NCBI GenBank assembly: GCA_020137815.1
Contig: CM035357.1
Coordinates: forward strand, 2,108,001 to 2,172,000
Length of the DNA stretch: 64,000 nt
Direction of reading: 5' to 3'
Source of the DNA: Hormiphora californensis
Lineage: Eukaryota; Animalia; Ctenophora
This document shows positions 35,106 through 51,703 of this stretch, piece by piece. Under the pieces are notes generated by a model. That model was given only the letters and a program-made list of their open reading frames with translations, did no database searches and was not told where the DNA came from. The translations under genes were made by a program, and so were the position numbers. How positions within the stretch are numbered: position 1 is the stretch's first letter; each line of letters starts with the position of its first letter.

Positions 35106-36783
35106 ATGGCAGGGCAGCAAGTTGATTGTGCGCTCGACCTAATGAGACGGCTACCACCCCAAGACATCGATAAGAATTTATCAGATCTCATTGATCTTGT
35201 CCCCCACCTGGTTGACGAACTTCTCTCCTCCATCGATCAGCCCCTGAAAGTTGCAAAGGATATTAAAAAGGTAACAACAACTCGCATTAGTCGCATATTT
35301 TACGGTTACAGTTGGTCAACGTACTTAAATCACTGTCTGTCAACACTTAAACACACATCCCCCCTTTTCAGAACAAAGACTACCTGCTCTGTGACTATAA
35401 CAGGGATGGAGACTCATACCGGTCACCTTGGAGTAACGAGTTCTTTCCACCCATCGAGGATGGCAACGTCCCTAGTGACAGGATGCGAAAACTGGAGGAA
35501 CAGGCGAACGATGCATTTGATGTGTATCGAGAGCAGTACTTTGACGGTGGTATTAGCAGTTGTTACTTTTGGGACGAGGAACATGGCGGCTTTTCCGGTG
35601 CAATTTTAATCAAGAAAACGGGAGATTTGAAGAACAAATTTAGGAGCAGTTGGGATTCTATTCATGTAATTGAAGTTCATGAAAAGGTATGTCATCGGTA
35701 ATTGATTTGTGCCCTTTTCAAGTATATTTCTCTCGTCGTCTAGACTCGATGGTATTTTTAACAGCGTTTCACCCACCTCGTCTCGCCATAGCTGTTAGGT
35801 TCTTTATTCTATTTCTTGCTAGATTATGATCGCTATAATCTAAGATTTTGTTGATATCTGGACGAAGTTTTTAATCTGTCATTACCTGTCTTCTTGCCTA
35901 AAATTTTATCAGTAATAACAGTCCATAGATCTATTCCTGAACCGGTCGACATTATAACACACTATCTCTTACCCCATGATAAAACCCCACTCATTCTAAC
36001 TTCTCTCCCAGAGGTAAATAAGTTAAAACTTTCTTCCAGGGTGCAGGTAGGAACGCCCACTACAAACTAATCTCAACAGTCATGTTATGGCTCCAAAACA
36101 CTCGCACCGGATCCGGCCAAATGGATCTTGGTGGATCCCTCTCACGTCAGGTATAATAGTACAGGGTGTCCCACTGTCTCTCACGCCAGATATTATACAT
36201 AGTACAGGGTGTCCCACTGTCTCTCACACCAGATATTATAGTAAAGGGTGTCCCACTGTCTTTGTGTGACCTGCGATTTCGGGTCGTGTTCTACCTGGTA
36301 TATTACATAGTTTGTACAAGTGTACAACCCGTTACTAGGTAGTTTCTATGGGTTCAACATGGGCTAATTATGTCTTTTTTCGAGCTATTTATTCTGTTCC
36401 AACAGAAAATGTTCTCACCTAAGAAAAAAATAGTCGAGTAGAGGGAGAGATCTAGTTGAGTACTGAGTAGAGAGGGAGAGATCTAGGTCGAAGTTGAGAG
36501 ATATGGTTGTGTGTATTCCTACGCTTGCAGAGTGCCTTCTGACTGTTGAGGCTGTAAGCCAACCTGCTTTACACGAATGAGGAGGTAGAGGAAACGAGAG
36601 AGAGGGGAGAAGAGATAGAAAGAGGGAGAGAGATAGAAATAGTGATAAAGAGAGAGGGAAGAGGAAAGGAGAGGATTTGTGTGAGTGCAAGGGAGAGATA
36701 TAGTGGAATATGTAAAGAAACAAATGTGCGATAGCTTTACAAACCATCTTTGCAACTTTCGATTCTCTCTCTCTCTCTCTCTC

Positions 36784-36862
<79 letters not shown>

Positions 36863-37950
36863 GCGCTGCTTGCTAGACATTTCTATCATCACATTCATGA
36901 TAGCTGAAATGAACACCTCACAGTAAACAACACAGTACACATGGCATTGTTATCTCTCGCTAACAAACACACACAAGTTGAGACACTATTCAGCCATCTT
37001 TTCATGTGTCCAGCGTGTTTTATTGTACTGTACTTACTCGACTCTCTCTCTCATGGGACCCTGTAATGGAAATTTCACAACACGGGAGTGGTCCTCATAA
37101 ATAACGCCCCCACGCCCTTCGCAGTGTGCTATATCCCAAAACTAACAACCCTCCTCCCCGTCAGGTTGAGAAAGACCTGCCAGTTACGAATGACATGTTT
37201 TCTCACATTGTCAACATTGGTGGAATGGTGGAGAAAATGGAAAACAATATTCGGGGAGTGTTGGAGACTGTCTACTTTGGACGAACTCTGACCGTGCTAA
37301 ATGATGTCAGGTCTCTTGTTGAGTAAGTTATATTTCTGTTTTTCATCAGGGGGTTGTTGGCACATCCAATAGAGGATAGTGAATATAGTCCCATGGAAAT
37401 ATGAAATATCCACGTTGACGTGTACAAAAAAAGAAGAAAAAAGTTGTGATTAGTGATTATTGAATGGCCGATTATATCACTGTGTGTAACCAGCTCCACA
37501 GTGTTTATAATATATTGTTAGAACACTGTGTGTAGATTCATCATCTCATTCAACAATTTCATAACTGCTACTACATCATCAACGGTGTGCTCGTACCTCT
37601 AGCATTCCTTTTGTTGTGCAGGGATATCATGTTTCATCCAGAGTGTATGAAATACAATACATCCCTCTATCATGTTGAATTTCCCTTCCATTTTGCACAG
37701 CTCATTTTATCGTGTCGGCATCTATTTTTTATTCTGCTAACCCACGACACAAACTACACCCACATATAACATACCCCATATATCATACATAACCACCCCT
37801 AACCACCACGCCTACCGTCTACCACCTGGCCTCCCCCGCACATCTAACCAAATCCTTCATTTCAGCTTGGAAAGCAAGAAACAACACGACAAGCTCAGTC
37901 AAGGTATCGCCAACGCCATCAAGAACAAGGAAAGAACGTCCACCAACTGA
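35106..37950 (+). CDS. CAPZB: F-actin capping protein beta (exons 35106-35270, 35372-35687, 36040-36150, 37165-37322, 37866-37950)
   Basis: [46 protein letters not shown]. Confidence 0.95.
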
Positions 37951-39172
37951 GTAATTGTGTTTGTTTGGACCTCTGGAGAACAGATCTAATCCCTGAGAAT
38001 TAAATGGGAGGGAAAGATGATTGAATTAGGAGGAGAATTAAATCGATTCTTCTCTCCTGTACCTCTCCAATCTCTCTCTCCCCTTCTGATCTCATGATAC
38101 TGTTGCATTGGTATTTAAGAGTATTTTTGTTTTATATTTTAAAATTGTTTGTCCAACGCTACATATTCGAGACGATTAAACAGCCCCTTTTTAATCACGC
38201 CCCATTTTGCATTATGTGATCATGATGTGTGTGTGTGTGTGTGCTATTTTTGTGGATTTGGCGTTGCTAGGGGTGCTGGATTAACACGGTGGTGTAACCA
38301 TGTGTTGTAACCATTGTAACCATAAACCATTTGGTGTAACCATGGTAACCACGCGGTGTAACCATGGTAACCATCCCCTACACCTAGCAACACACCTGCT
38401 CTCTAGATATAATGGTAATAGTTTAGTTGCTTGGGTTGCCTATCTTTCAAAAAAGAGAGAGAATATAATCGCTGTATTTTCTCTCCCCTGTTATGTTCTG
38501 CGCTCATTTTTTACGTTCATTATGTTCGTTCTTAGGACATGAAAACAAAAGTTACCGATTTTTTACAGTAAATAGTGATTTTTGAACATGTTTACAGTCC
38601 GTCTATTATATACTGAGAGACACACTGATCTTTTTACATCAAGCTCTCAGATATTATCATATTAGTAGTTCAGTGCAATTCTTACCTTACCTTCCCTCTC
38701 GCTCTGTTCGAGTTAAGTGGTTTAGATTTATGAGATCTTGCTCTCGATCTCATGATCTACTTTACTTTCCTCTGTCTAAACAGACGGAGGGGGTCCGGGG
38801 TTTGAATTGAACAGAAAAATCGCACCCTAGTTTGAACATTCCAAGATTTTATTTGCCCACAAAAAAGTAGATTGAATAGTGAGACGGAGAGAAAGAGACG
38901 TTTGTGTTTCATGGCATCATGTGTAAATGAAGTGTGTAAGAATTTGTTTAGAAACAATATCTTGTCGTCAATCATTTCCCCCAAACCACCCACCCTTCCC
39001 TTAACCCCAAACCACCCACCTTACTTAGGAACCCCCAATTACCCCCAATTACCTTATTCCTTCTTATTATTCTTGCTGTACATTGCTTCCGTGTACATAC
39101 TACATCTATTATCTAAATCGTCCTAAATTACAGTAGTACGTACTGTGTGGTACATAGTGGGTGTATTACCCC

Positions 39173-39253
<81 letters not shown>

Positions 39254-39446
39254 GGGCCACGGCTATGTGTGTGTATGGGTTTGTTGTTTTAATTTCACAC
39301 CGCCAACTGTTTCCAAGCCATCTCATAACAAACCCATGTATACTCAGACAGGTAGACAGACAGACAAACAAACACACAGACAGCTACAGACAAACAACCA
39401 AACAGTAAGATCTGCGTCTAATCGGGGTCAATCATCCAATAAAATA

Positions 39447-39564
39447 GAGGATAGTCCCTTGAATAGAGAAATATCCACTTGAAAAATATATATAGATATA
39501 TATAGATGGATCTATCTATATATATTTTTCAAGTGGCTATTTCTTTATTCAAGGGACTATCCTC
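39447..39564. repeat. Hairpin/MITE-like palindrome
   Basis: gaggatagtcccttgaat...attcaagggactatcctc, ~50-bp arms. Confidence 0.75.
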
Positions 39565-39787
39565 ACAGATCTGTGACCTGCTGATCTACTCCGAGAGAGA
39601 TGGTCGAGTAAGGCAACTCAGACCATGTAACTGACAACATTACATGTAACCGAACCTTCCATATAGGATATATCCTATTAAACACGTCCTTTTTCTCTCC
39701 CTCTCGCTATATCTCTTTCATCCCTCTATCTCTTTCTTTCTAGCAATACCAATCTCAGTCTCCGTCAATCCACACACTAATTTCATG

Positions 39788-39892
39788 AACCGACCGAATC
39801 AGGAAATACTGGTCCCTGATTGGCTGATAACCAGTCACGTGACCTAAATAACGAGTTCTGATTGGTTATTTACTTGTGTCGGTCGGTTCCTG
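39788..39892 (-). mobile_element. ~105-bp MITE copy
   Basis: Reverse complement of the 32449 copy. Confidence 0.85.
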
Positions 39893-40289
39893 ACTCATTT
39901 TAAGGTCTCCTTGGAGCCCTCCCCCAAGGAGTCTGAACTCCCTTTATTGTTTATGTTCACCATCTTACATCATGTGTGAAATATTTGCAGTGTATACTGA
40001 GGGAATCATGCACGTCATATACACGATTATATACACGAAAGCTCAATGTACATTGCATTGTACATTGAGCTTTCGTGTATAATGTACATGACGTGTCAAA
40101 TGTTCCCCTCTTCCCGCCTCTATCTTTCTCTCTCTCTCTCACTCTCTCTCTCTCTCTCCCTCCCCTCTCTCTCTATCTATCTCTCCTGCACACGGCTTCC
40201 ATGTGATTTGGCAGAGAGTGTAAACTGCTAGTTCCATTGGCCACCGCCTTCCACGCAGCCCCCTTTCTCTAATTCTAGTTAATGTAGTT

Positions 40290-40571
40290 ACCCCACTACT
40301 AACTCAACGTTCTCTCCTAGTAGTTACACCTCTACTAACCCCACTACTAACCCCATTTATTACTAACCCCACCTCTAACCCCACTACTAAACATACTAAC
40401 AACCCCACTACTAACCCCACTACTAACCCCACTACTAAACCTACTAACAACCCCACTACTAACCACACCTCTAACCCCACCACTAACCCCACTGGCCACT
40501 ACTAACCCCACCACTAATCCTACTAACAACCCCATTACTTACCCCACTACTTACCCCACTACTAACCCCAT
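40290..40571. repeat. 12-bp tandem repeat (accccactacta) running up to the ARF acceptor
   Basis: Direct observation. Confidence 0.85.
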
Positions 40572-40598
40572 TACCTCTCTCCCAGTAGTCGCCTGAAA

Positions 40599-44458
<3,860 letters not shown>

Positions 44459-44729
44459 AACGGAACTCTTCACCTCTCTGAATTTCTATTTCTCCCTCTC
44501 TCTCGCCCTGTGATCCGGAATCAGCGATCCTCCCTGCTGCATGTTGGTCTAGTTATAAATATTTCAAGTTTCTTTCTTTTTTCTCTTGGGGTATAAAAAT
44601 AGTCTTAACCACACACTATGATATATAACACTGTGTATATTTAAATCCAGATTGGTCTTCTTTAATGTTGTTTTTTCTTCTCTTCTCCACGGCTTTTAGA
44701 AAATATTTACAGAGAGTTTGTGTTGGTAT

Positions 44730-46525
44730 GGGGGGGTCGTCATGTTAATTTTGTTAATGTTTTGTTAATTAACAAACGACCCTTGGTGAAACATTAACAA
44801 AATTAACAAAATTAACAAAATTAACAAAAATCGCGTTTTAGATGTTTTTGGTCGGTTTATAGCTGTTTTATGTGTTTTTAGGTGTGTTTAGGTGTTTCTA
44901 TCATAAACTCACTATCTCCCATGGCAGATATTTCATAGCTAGGATAATTGTTTGGATTTCATCAAAGGTTTTGAGGTAAGAAAAGGGTCATTATAACAAA
45001 GGAGGGGTATACGAGTAAAGAACACCAGATTAATGTATAAATTGTGCGGTAATATGACGAAAATTTTTCGGCATAATCGTTCTAAAGCTAATTCCACTTC
45101 TAGGATACTCTATAGGGTCCCTAGAAACAACCCCTGAAGTTGTCGCAAGATCGGCGATAAAGAAATTGCATTAATTGGGCCTGATTGGTTACAGGGTGCT
45201 TTCAGCCTGAAGCCAAAACCATAAATACCCTTAAAATAGGAGTAGAGACAAAACCGAGGGCACTAAAGTGATCAGCGTCCTCGCATTAGTGGGGGTAGGT
45301 GCTGGAATTAAGTCTCTATCTCATCTGGTTAATCAGATAATTGGATAATCAGCTCTGCGCATAGCCGTTTTTGGCCATATGGCTATAGCTATGTTAGGAA
45401 AGGAGTAGAGACAAAACCGAGGGCACTAAAATGGTCAGCGTCCTCGCATTAGTGGGGGTAGGTGCTGGAATTAAGTCTCTATCTCATTTGGTTAATTAGT
45501 TAATTGGATAATTAGATCTGCACATAGCCGTTTTCGGCCATATGGCTGTAGCCACTTAGGAATGGTTTAGAGACATTTCACTGGTGCCATCTTGTAGACA
45601 ATGGCCAAGTTATGGGGGGTCGACGTCGGACTTTTAAGCTCTATCTCCAACCGTTTAGCCGTTATTTGGCTTTAAAGGTGCTCAAAATGAGCAAAAAACG
45701 GTAAAAAGCCCGATTTTGAGCAAACCAAATAACGGCTAAACGGTTGGAGATAGAGCATAAAAGTCCGACGTCGACCACCCACAACTTGGCCATTGCCTAC
45801 AAGATGGCACCAGTGAAATGTCTCTAAACCATTCCTAAGTGGCTATAGCCATATGGCCGAAAACGGCTATGTGCAGATCTAATTATCCAATTAACTAATT
45901 AACCAGATGAGATAGAGACTTAATTCCAGCACCTACCCCCACTAATGCGAGGACGCTGATCACTTTAGTGCCCTCGGTTTTGTCTATACTCCTATTTTAA
46001 GGGTACTTATGGTTTTGGCTTCAGGCTGAAAGCACCCTGTAACCAATTAGGCCCAATTAAGGCAAGTTCTTCATCGCCGATCTTGCGACAACTTCAGGGG
46101 TTGATTCTAGGGACCCTATAGAGTACCCTAGAAGTGGAATTAGCTTTAGAACGATTATGCCGAAAAATTTTCGTCATATTACCGCACTAGTGGCGGGTCA
46201 AAAAAATTCAAAAAAAAAATTCACAAAAAAAATTCAAAAAAATTTTTGGGGAAAAAATCCTGCCACTAAATCGGGGTGCCACTAAATCGGGGGCCATTAA
46301 ATCGGGGTTCGACTGTATATCAGTGTTGATTGGATGGGTAGTACGTATAATATTGTCAAAAATAACGCAAATGATCTATTAAAGCGGGATTAAAAGCTTC
46401 AAAAAGACTTAAAAAAGCTTCTTTTTTTTGTTAATAATGTTAATAATGTTAATAATGTTAATAATGTTAATGTTAACATTTAAAAAATTTTCATGAAACA
46501 TTAACATTAACATGACGACCCCCCC
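44730..46525. mobile_element. Poly-G-ended non-autonomous DNA transposon with 8-bp TSD, carrying nested elements
   Basis: TIR gggggggtcgtcatgttaat; TSD gttggtat; contains foldback 45042-46189 and a pogo-like right end ~46195-46314. Confidence 0.85.
45042..46189. mobile_element. Palindromic foldback element related to 4976-7030
   Basis: TIR gtgcggtaatatgacgaaaa; near-perfect palindrome with the same apex (tgctcaaaatgagc..aaaacggtaaaaagcccgattttgagca). Confidence 0.8.
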
Positions 46526-46597
46526 GTTGGTATCGTCCTATATCTCTCTCTCCCTCTTGTGTTGTGTTGTGTACAACAATAACTCTACTATTGCCCA

Positions 46598-46629
<32 letters not shown>

Positions 46630-47988
46630 CAATTTGGATTTATTTATTTTGATTTTACTGCAAGGTAATTAAATGTTTGTTTTTTGAAGGACATTTGAGG
46701 TCCAATTATACACCAACCTCAAAATGTGTTATGCTGTTCTGTACGAAAATGTTTAAGAAGATTCAAACGAAAACAAAAAATTTGAGTTTTCTTTTTTGTT
46801 ACAGAATTGGTACGCGCAAATACTAAGCCGCGCGGTAAGAGGTGTTTTGAACAAAACAACATACGCGCCGTAAATTCTTGACTTTTCAGTGCACTTGCTT
46901 TTTGTGTTTTTAATTTTTTTTCTCGTTTTGTGGCTCAATTCTTCCCGTTTTACACTCAAGTAGCTACTAGCTGTTAAACGTTGGATAAATTAACTACAAA
47001 TATCGACGTAAGAAACGACAAATTTCTCGCCAAATAGGCCTTAAAGTGCCTGAATTCGGAGTTGTAAAAGTGTCCATTCTCCTCAGGATTGATGGTCTGC
47101 CTCCCTTGCTTGGTCCTTTCCTGGGTTCCCGTGTCCTGTCTCACCTATCACTTTCGGTATTCATTGCCACCACGCCCTAATGGCTTATGCACCAGTCCAA
47201 ATTCCAGACTTCCACTCCCTTCTATCCCACTATACCTATGTCCTACTACACCTACTATACACTCCTTCCTACATCTACATTCCTTCCTACATCTACCTGA
47301 GACTTAGTAGAGGGACCACCCATGACAGAGTATTTTAGATTCTTTGTGTGTATTTTGTTTAAACGTATCTTGGCCTTTCGAGTTTGTGTAGAGCTGAGTA
47401 GATGAGGTTGCAGACTGGCTGAGAGAGGCCGAAGAAAGAAGAGTGAAGACCATACACTCCGTTTTAAACGTTTTTCTCGATAAAAAACTATGCCTTGTAT
47501 GTCCAGACAATAATATCCTGAAACAAACTCTGTATCGAAATACACACTCTCAAGGACTGCATGTTTGAAGGACAGCTAATTTATTTATTTATTGTTTGCA
47601 TTATTGTACAGTTTGTTTGACTTTGGTGGTCTGTCGGTGGGTTGATTAGTTGGTCTATTTATTTGTCGGTGGGTTGATTTGTTGGTCTATTTATTTGTCC
47701 CGATGTTCTAGTAACTGTTATGATCGTGTTTTGAATGTTCGTGGTATATGTTCGTGTTTTGTATGTTCGTGTTTTGTATGTTCGTGTTTATGTTCGTGTT
47801 TGTATGTTCGTGTTTTGTTATGCTCGTGTTTTGTATCTGTACCACTTTTGAAAGTGAGAGAGTATGTCAAGCGTAGGCTGTTGGTGCGTGCTCCATTATT
47901 TTACACTATAAAGTGGTATATATAAATGATTATATTACATTTACATTACATTTACATTTACATAGGAGTCCTCCTAAGGACATGGTGA

Positions 47989-50900
47989 ATGGAAGTGGGG
48001 GAGTTTGTAAAAGTACATACCGAGTACACCAGTCACAATTCCGGTGATCTTAGCCTCTTTGAAAATGATGTTGTTAAGGTTAGTTCTGTTTCCAAACCGG
48101 TGAATCCCAGCAAGAATGATACTGTCAGTTTAGGAAGAATAGGTTTCATCGTCATATTAATCATACGGATATTTTCAGGTGACCGATGTCCTAGGAAATG
48201 GGTGGTACGAGGGAGATATTGGGGGCACTAAAGGATTATTTCCCGCCTCATGTTGTACAAAACTGAACTTTGCCAACCGATCACAACCCTTTGGCGTCGC
48301 ACTATTTGATCACGAGGCTCACCTTGATGATGAGTTATCTTTTCAAGCGGGCGACCAAATCTTCCTGACAAAACAGATCAATACTGAATGGTTCGAGGGA
48401 ATGTGTCGTAGTTCGATTGGCATGTTTCCAGCAAGTTTCCTGGATGTTATTAATGCAATACCACCTACACCCCCACCAGAGGATCATGAACAAATTGAAC
48501 CAAGACGACCGCCTCCCGTTGGATTATAATTCCCTAGAGAGGCTCCGGACAAAGTCGTTCTCACTAAGGAAATCGGCGAGTCCGGAACCTTCGATAACCC
48601 GTAGTAAAACAATTTCTTCAGTCACTCCTCCCCCTCAAAGAACGAGGACTCCTTCATCAAATAAATCATCTCCCTCTCCGTTACCCCCTGCTCGACCTCC
48701 TGTTTTCATGCCCACTGTTGACCCCCCACCTCCACCCTTAGTAGTGGAGAGGGGAGCTCCAACCAGGCCTCCATCATTCACAGCCCCTCGATCTTCTATT
48801 GATGCCCCTCCTCGACCTCCCCCTTCAATTGATGCTCCACCTCGACCTCCCCCTTCTATTGATGCTCCAGCTCGACCTGCTCCTTTGAAAACAGAGACAT
48901 TAGTAAAGTTAAGGGAGAAGAAAAGGAGTGGTGAAAAATCTCCTAAGAGGCCTCCCAGTACATACGTTATGGCGCCACCCAATGTCAAGTGAGTTATACC
49001 ATCATCGTCTACCGGACTCTAATTTCTAATTTCTATCAATTTTCACAGTTCTTCCTAGGGGGGGGGGGACGGCCGGAAGATTCTTAAAGTTTGAGTTTTC
49101 TTACCAGTTTTTGAAGTCGCTTCTAAAGCTTCAGCCGGTCCGCACTCTTTCTACCCCGTAAAATTCCTATTTCCTAACTTCCCCCACCTCCTTCCCCAGT
49201 TTGTCAACCCTGCCACCAGATCAAGACGAACTCCAAACACTTCCCTCCATCTCCACTTCCTCTGGAGGGAGTCTGGGAGAGGAGGCAGTAGTAGAGTCTA
49301 CCCCGCACATCTCTGCACCCCTATCAAGAGACCAGATAGATCAGCTATACGGTAACAGGAAGACGTTTATGGAACAGGGAGGGGATAGTGGGAGGGAGGA
49401 GGTGGAATACGCTAATGAAGAGGATATCATTGCCATAACCAAGGTAGCTGGAGGACAATTTTTTTAAATTCAGTATAATTTCTTTTCTCAAAAATATTTA
49501 TCTGGTGCAATTTAGAGATAGGCGACAGATCATTTATAGACACACGGAACCCGATGTGTAGATATGGAATGATATGTGTGTTATTACGGGTTGTCTGTTG
49601 CAGCATCTAAATAAACAAACTACACACACATTATACACGGTGCAACATTCCACAATTGATACAACTTACCCAGACACTTTTAGATCTGATAAATTATTAT
49701 TATTCGCAGCGATATACCCCCGCTCCTGATTTTATTAGCTGTTAGATATTATCCCCCTCCTACCCAGTCCCCTCCCCTAGATATAGCCCCCTCTTCTAAT
49801 TTTCAGGAATACAAAACTACAGCCCAGGAGGATGCAGAGATGGAGAAGATAGAGAAATCTATTGCGACTAAAGAGGGCGTACTTAGGGTGAGTAGTACTG
49901 TGTTCTCGTGATAAATTTAGGCAGTGATTCGTGCCACTAAATAAAAAACACTCGGTACCTAGACTTGATAATCTGATACGAGGGAAACATAGATATTGTT
50001 ATGGCAATTATGGCAATTATGCTATTTAACTCTCTTTTATTTTGTAAGGAATTGATCATGCGTATACAAGATCTAGGAATTTATGTACATCAAGTTACAC
50101 TGTGTAAAAAGAGACATTGTCTTAGTACGGTGGTGTAATTTGTGTTTTCCGTGTACACGAGCACACCACCTACTTGTACAAACTAATGGTGGCTGACCAA
50201 AGTATAGAAGAAGAATAATAAGGAAAACAAGATCGTTTTAGCTGTGAGAGTGTATTAACTATGTATGATTAATTAATTAACAAATTTATTATTGACTGAA
50301 TGTAAACTTGGTTCTCTGTCTTTAGGCTGAAGTGGAATCAAAACGAGAAACAGAGGATTTGTTAGGGAAACAGTTTAGCGGGAAAAAGATCAACTCCGAA
50401 AATGTCGAAGTTCTTCGCTCACTTTTACAGGGTAGGTTGTCAGGCACTGACTGCAATATCTCGCATGCTGCTCGATTCCAGTCAAATAGGGTAGAAGTTC
50501 TTGGAATCACTAATTTCTAAAACACATTTTATTACTTCATTGTGTTTTACATCTTAATTTAAATTAAAAACAATCGTTAGTTATTAATTTACCCTCCTCA
50601 GCTCACAATGAAAAGATAGTGGAAACTCAAACAGCAATTGACAAACTAAAGGCTAAGTTAAGAAACTGCAAATCACCTCGTAAGCACATCTACTGATTTG
50701 ATAAAACGATCTTAGCTTCCAGAGAAGAATAGTTCTTAATTCTTACTTTCTATATCACATTAAGTAACAACCAACTAAAACAAACTATTTACATGATTCC
50801 TAATCTCTAGAGAGATCAGAGAAACTGGACGGGATAGAGAGGAGGGACATGGTGGTTCTAGAGTTGATTGAAACTGAAGAGAATTATGTTCACAATCTTC

Positions 50901-51653
50901 AACTCCTAATCAAGGGATTCGTAACACCACTCAGAAATACGAAGGTTTTTACAAAGCTATCCCAATCATTTCCGACTTACACTTTTTATGTTTATTTGAT
51001 ACTGTCGGACTCGGTTGACTGGGTATCGGGATGCCTCGGGGTTCCGGTAAATCGGGATATGACTGTATACCTCTCTTCCATTATGTACATTCCCCAACAG
51101 TCCCCTTTTCAAACCTCACAAATCTACCTCCACTCAGACCCACTCAGACCTCATACTTCCTCCCCTCAGACCCCCATTAAACCTCATACTTTGTCCCCTC
51201 AGACCCACTCAATGGAGGTAGAGGTACTGTTCCTGAATATCGAGCCCATCCTGGCACTCTCAGAGAAGTTGTTGATGATGCTCAAGGGCCAGACTTCCCT
51301 CATGTCCCACGAACAAATGATTGGTAGGTGATTTAATGGGTGATTTATTGGGTGATTTATTGGGTGTGATATTGGGTGATATGTTGGGTGATATTGGGTG
51401 AAATAACAGTCAATGTTTGGAAAACGTGTTCGCCATGCACATAGACTTTGTCATAGCCAGATACCAATCCTTACTTACCAAAATTCGTGGAGCATTTCCA
51501 TGAGATGTCATAAAATACATGATATAATCGGTATGCAAAGTTTGCTGTCTAGTCGCGAGACGCACTGTACAAAGAGTGTTAAACATGCAAAATCACATGC
51601 ATTGTTCTTTTCTATCTCGTTCTATATCTCTTTCTCTCTCTTCTCACTTTCTC

Positions 51654-51703
<50 letters not shown>

